A stretch of DNA of 64,000 nucleotides from Prochlorococcus sp. AG-347-J21 (lineage in GTDB: Bacteria > Cyanobacteriota > Cyanobacteriia > PCC-6307 > Cyanobiaceae), in contig QCBX01000004.1 of NCBI GenBank assembly GCA_003281455.1, forward strand, positions 37,291 through 101,290, given 5' to 3'. The position numbers and the translations under genes are program-made. This document shows positions 60,136-64,000 of this stretch, in pieces. The notes beneath the pieces were generated by a model. It was not told the DNA's origin. It was given only the letters and a program-made list of their open reading frames with translations, and did not search any database. The first letter of the stretch is position 1. The number at the start of each line of letters is the position of its first letter.

Positions 60136-61285
60136 TTAATCCGCCACCTAATAAAATTTCTCCTTTGTAGAAAACTGCAGCTTGTCCGGGTGTTACCGAA
60201 CTTTGACTTTCTTCAAATATTAATTTAAATGTTTTAGTTGGATTATCTAAATTTTTCAAAGGGATTAAAGTTCCTTTTACTGGATGACTTCTATATCTGA
60301 TTTGTGCTTCTACTTGTATCTCTTGCTTAGGTTCTTCGATTGAAACCCAGTTAACCTTAGTAATTATTGCTTCTTTATTAAATAGATCACTTTTATCTGC
60401 TACATAAACTATGTTTTTTACCCTGTCTAAACTTTTTACATATAATGGTTCAGGCCAAGCGATGCCCAAACCTTTTCTTTGACCTACTGTAAAGTGCTGA
60501 ATACCATTGTGCGTTCCTAGGACTTTCCCATTTACATGCACTATTTCTCCTACATTGGGTTCAATGTGTTTGTCGATAAATCTCTGCATTGATCCATAAT
60601 GCTCAACTAAACATAAATCTTGACTTTCTGGTTTTTGAGCAGTTCTAAGGCCTAATCTCAGGGCTTCCTTTCTTGTTTCTTCTTTTTTCATTTCACCAAG
60701 AGGAAATACTAATCTGCTTAGTACTTCTTGTGAAAGAGAATAAAGAAAATAACTTTGGTCCTTGTTTTCGTCAGCACCTCTTAGAAGAAGGAAGTCCTTA
60801 AATACAAAGCTCTTGCAATCAAGTGTTTCAGCATAAGATGATTTTTTTATCCTTGCGTAATGTCCGGTTGCAATATGAGTAAAGTCTTTTTTGTTTATTG
60901 CGTAATTAAGCATCTCTTCAAACTTCACATTCTTGTTGCACATCGAACATGGAAGTGGAGTGAATCCTTTCTCATAGCTTTCAGTAGTTTTTTTAATTAC
61001 CTCTCTTTCGAAAATTTCTCTTGAGTCTATTATTTTATGATTAATTCCCAAATCTTCACAAAGGCCAGCAGCATCTACTAATCCTTCAGAACAACACGAG
61101 CCTTGTCCTTTCATTAGCCAAAGAGTTAGTCCCTCAACATTCCAGCCTCTTTCTACAAGAAGAGCAGCTGAAAGGGAACTATCTACGCCACCAGAAAGTC
61201 CTACAATAATATTTTTCTTCTTTTTAGTTTTATTATTAGAAGAAAAAAAGTTCTCTAATTTTTTATCCTTTTGTGTCTTTAACAT
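60128..61285 (-). CDS. mnmA: tRNA-specific 2-thiouridylase
   Basis: PP-loop [10 protein letters not shown], catalytic Cys context (PCSMCN), ATGHYAR, KDQSYFL. Confidence 0.9.
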   Translation of the reverse strand: MLKTQKDKKLENFFSSNNKTKKKKNIIVGLSGGVDSSLSAALLVERGWNVEGLTLWLMKGQGSCCSEGLVDAAGLCEDLGINHKIIDSREIFEREVIKKTTESYEKGFTPLPCSMCNKNVKFEEMLNYAINKKDFTHIATGHYARIKKSSYAETLDCKSFVFKDFLLLRGADENKDQSYFLYSLSQEVLSRLVFPLGEMKKEETRKEALRLGLRTAQKPESQDLCLVEHYGSMQRFIDKHIEPNVGEIVHVNGKVLGTHNGIQHFTVGQRKGLGIAWPEPLYVKSLDRVKNIVYVADKSDLFNKEAIITKVNWVSIEEPKQEIQVEAQIRYRSHPVKGTLIPLKNLDNPTKTFKLIFEESQSSVTPGQAAVFYKGEILLGGGLIN

Positions 61286-61331
61286 GGAAGTTTAAATTTT
61301 TGAACAGTACTTCATTTGCTTTGTACTAATT

Positions 61332-62897
61332 ATGAACGGAATTGTATGGCCATCAATTGACTCTAAACATTTAATTGTTGATTCAAAGCAAATGTTGATA
61401 TTAGAGAAAGAAATGTTTTCTGATGGAATGCCTCAAGAAGCATTAATGGAAAAAGCTGGTATTCAAATTAGTAGGTGGCTCTTGAAAAGGAAACCTCTTC
61501 TAAAGTATGGAATAACTGTTTTTATAGGCCCTGGGCATAATGGTGGGGATGGTGCAGTAATAGCTAGAGAGCTTTTTTTGAAAGGTTTTTTAGTAAGGGT
61601 CTGGTGTCCATTCCCGATAAAAAAAACATTAACAAATAACCACCTTAATTATCTTACATCTATTGGTGTCACAAAATTGGTAGAGCCTCCTAATGCAAAT
61701 GGGAAAGAACTTTGGATTGATGCCATTTTTGGTAATAATCAATCAAGAAAAGTTGATAATAAATTAATTAAACTTTTTAATCAAAAATTTCATAACAAAT
61801 ATGGAAAAGTAATAAGTATTGATATTCCAACAGGATTATGTCCTGATAAAGGTGAGCCTTTTTTTGATAACGCTGTAAAGGCAAACTATACCCTGGCTAT
61901 TGGTCTTCATAAGATTGGTTTGACGCAAGATTCTGCTTTGCCTTTTATTGGAAAATTGCACCATATCGATATTGGGGTGCCTTTTTATAAGTTATTTAAT
62001 ATTGAAAAAAAAGTTTTTAAGGTTACTTACAAAGATTTAAAAAATATTGATTTACCTTCTTTACCAAAAAATTCCAACAAATATAAAAGAGGCAGAACAT
62101 TATTAATAGCCGGAAGTAAAAAATATCCTGGCGCTGCATACTTAGCATTAAAAGGGGCCATATCAAGTGGAGCAGGTTTTATTTCTGCTGTTCTGCCTGA
62201 GTTGGTTGCTGAATCTATTTGGCAAGTCGCCCCAGAAATTGTTTTAAAAGGGACTATGCAATCTAACCATAATGGAAATGCATGTTTATATAGTGCATTA
62301 AAGAATATTGATTTAAGTTCATTTGATTCAGTAGCTGTCGGTCCAGGAATAGGAATTGATAATGATGATTGGCAAAAATCAAAAGATTACCTTATTGGTT
62401 TTGAAGGATTATTGCTATTGGATGCAGATGCACTCAATAGAATTTCGGAATCTAAGTTAGGGGCAAAATTCTTTCTAGAGAGAAAATTTAATACATGGAT
62501 TACACCACATATCAAAGAATTTCATAGGTTATTCCCTGATATTAGATCTGATAACAATTTAGGGTTAGCACGAGACTCAGCAAAAGAATTTAATATTAGT
62601 GTTTTGTTAAAGGGAGCTAACAGCGTAGTTGCTGGTGATGAAAAGGCATGGCAACTTTTTGGTACCGATTCCAATACAGCTAGAGCTGGATTAGGTGATC
62701 TTTTATCTGGATTTATCGCAGGCAGTTCTGCGATTGATTTAACCTTCAATAGAAATATCACAACTGATTTTTTTTCAAAATACGTACTTTTGCATTCATT
62801 TGCTGCATCAAAGTGTAAAAAAGGTTCAAATGCATATGCTATTGGTGATGAATTATCAAAATTAATGAGGGATAAAAAAACGAGACAAATATCTTGA
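61332..62897 (+). CDS. nnr: bifunctional NAD(P)H-hydrate repair enzyme Nnr (YjeF_N epimerase + YjeF_C dehydratase)
   Basis: N-domain GPGHNGGDG. C-domain carbohydrate-kinase-like motifs (GPGIG, LDADALN, TPHIKEF, LKGANSVV, GLGDLLSG). Confidence 0.85.
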   Translation: MNGIVWPSIDSKHLIVDSKQMLILEKEMFSDGMPQEALMEKAGIQISRWLLKRKPLLKYGITVFIGPGHNGGDGAVIARELFLKGFLVRVWCPFPIKKTLTNNHLNYLTSIGVTKLVEPPNANGKELWIDAIFGNNQSRKVDNKLIKLFNQKFHNKYGKVISIDIPTGLCPDKGEPFFDNAVKANYTLAIGLHKIGLTQDSALPFIGKLHHIDIGVPFYKLFNIEKKVFKVTYKDLKNIDLPSLPKNSNKYKRGRTLLIAGSKKYPGAAYLALKGAISSGAGFISAVLPELVAESIWQVAPEIVLKGTMQSNHNGNACLYSALKNIDLSSFDSVAVGPGIGIDNDDWQKSKDYLIGFEGLLLLDADALNRISESKLGAKFFLERKFNTWITPHIKEFHRLFPDIRSDNNLGLARDSAKEFNISVLLKGANSVVAGDEKAWQLFGTDSNTARAGLGDLLSGFIAGSSAIDLTFNRNITTDFFSKYVLLHSFAASKCKKGSNAYAIGDELSKLMRDKKTRQIS

Positions 62898-63038
62898 AAG
62901 AAACAATTTAAGAGTGTTTTTTTTAGTTTTGAACACAAAAATATACAAATATTACATGAAATCTGAAGCGCGTATTAAATATTTGGCGATTTTCATAAAA
63001 ATGTAGGAGAGTTTTAATACCTTTAACAGGTCAAATTA

Positions 63039-63980
63039 ATGGTTTCATCTATACCAGCCCAAGCAGAACCACCAAAAAGAAAAAGTAATGATCCAATAAG
63101 TTGGTATTTACAGAATATTGGTAGGGTCCCTTTGTTAACTCCAGCTGAAGAGATTGAATTGGGTAATCAAGTTCAAAAAATGATGATTCTTACAGAAGAC
63201 GGTCAATTAACAGAAAAAAATAAAGAATTTACCCTTCAGGAAAAAAGAACAATAAAAATTGGAAGAAGAGCTAAAGAGAGAATGATGAAAGCTAATTTAA
63301 GGTTGGTTGTAAGCGTGGCAAAAAAATATCAAGGCAAAGGTCTTGAACTTCTGGATTTAGTTCAAGAAGGTTCCCTTGGTTTGGAGAGGGCTGTTGAAAA
63401 ATTTGATCCTACAAGAGGATATAAATTTTCTACTTACGCTTTTTGGTGGATTCGTCAAAGCATGACAAGAGCCATTGCTTGTCAATCACGAACGATCCGT
63501 TTACCAGTTCATTTAAGTGAAAGATTAGCTTCCATAAGAAAAATTAGTAGGGATCTAGCTCATAAACTTGGTGCTATGCCAAGCAGAATTGAAATTGCAG
63601 AAGCAATGGAAATTGATGTGGAAGAACTTGATTCTGTTTTAAGACAAGCTTTATCAACAAGTAGTCTAGATGCTCCAGTTAATGGTGATGACGGCAGAAG
63701 CTTCTTAGGAGATTTAATTGCAGATAGTAATAATGAAGAGCCTCTAGATCAAGTTGAGCAGAAAATGCACCAAGAGCAACTTGGAAAGTGGTTAAGCCAT
63801 TTAAGCGAGCAGGAGCAACATGTTCTTAAATTAAGGTTTGGTCTAGATGGCAATGAGAGACATACACTTGCTGAAATAGGAAGGCTATTAGAAGTCTCCA
63901 GGGAGAGAGTGAGACAAGTTGAATTAAAAGCATTAAGAAAATTAAGAAACTTAACCAGAAAATTACCGAGCGGTATTTAA
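63039..63980 (+). CDS. group 2 sigma-70 family RNA polymerase sigma factor
   Basis: Region 2 NLRLVVSVAKKY...DLVQEGSLGLERAVEKFDPTRGYKFSTYAFWWIRQ. Region 4 TLAEIGRLLEVSRERVRQVELKALRKLR. The short N-terminus has no region 1.1. Confidence 0.9.
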   Translation: MVSSIPAQAEPPKRKSNDPISWYLQNIGRVPLLTPAEEIELGNQVQKMMILTEDGQLTEKNKEFTLQEKRTIKIGRRAKERMMKANLRLVVSVAKKYQGKGLELLDLVQEGSLGLERAVEKFDPTRGYKFSTYAFWWIRQSMTRAIACQSRTIRLPVHLSERLASIRKISRDLAHKLGAMPSRIEIAEAMEIDVEELDSVLRQALSTSSLDAPVNGDDGRSFLGDLIADSNNEEPLDQVEQKMHQEQLGKWLSHLSEQEQHVLKLRFGLDGNERHTLAEIGRLLEVSRERVRQVELKALRKLRNLTRKLPSGI

Positions 63981-64000
63981 TCTAATCTTCAGCCCAAATA

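Noticed and set aside
1-64000. Searched for CRISPR arrays, IS elements, transposases, integrases, phage genes, long direct or inverted repeats flanking the tRNAs, and classic defence or toxin-antitoxin operons.
   Set aside because: I found no regularly spaced repeats and no recombinase- or transposase-like ORFs. The PIN-domain gene is the conserved membrane-anchored PIN/TRAM (YacL-type) protein with no antitoxin partner. By-eye repeat detection over 64 kb is limited, so a dot-plot or self-BLAST should confirm this.

Overview
This is a strongly AT-rich, very gene-dense cyanobacterial chromosome segment. Gene content points to a high-light-adapted Prochlorococcus-type marine picocyanobacterium: kaiB-kaiC with no kaiA, Ni-superoxide dismutase sodN with sodX, an HLIP gene, a clpR-clpP pair, plant-type ferredoxin, and a cyanobacterial Omp85 followed by lpxC-fabZ-lpxA-lpxB. 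I call about 70 protein genes, 3 tRNAs (Gly-UCC, His-GUG, Leu-CAA) and the SRP (4.5S) RNA. Almost all are recognisable core housekeeping genes: serA, prmA, petF, rnz, truB, rpmA/rplU, purD/purC, msrA, pepA, tyrS, pyrF, plsY, glgX, hup, cobD, ilvC, panB, ftsZ/ftsQ/ddl, miaB, folC, argD, murA, lpdA, trpC, lnt, mnmA, nnr and a group-2 sigma factor. I see no CRISPR array, transposase, integrase, phage genes or recognisable defence or toxin-antitoxin operon. I cannot honestly point to a convincing novel multi-gene system here. The best leads are small-scale. (1) Two genes (sodX and a SpoU/TrmH methyltransferase) have conserved N-terminal coding sequence in a different frame from the only available canonical start. 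In both cases the break sits at a homopolymer or slippery heptamer just before a stop codon, so it is either a sequencing undercall or -1 frameshifting. (2) A pair of ATGA-overlapping tiny single-TM ORFs lies in an unusually long spacer next to tRNA-Leu. (3) A roughly 590-bp ORF-poor spacer upstream of hup carries an isolated GC-rich hairpin. (4) A W/C/R/P-rich ORF with outlying composition is wedged between two convergent terminators. (5) A small islet of tiny membrane or secreted proteins surrounds an hli gene. All functional calls rest on motif recognition by eye, and no database search was run.
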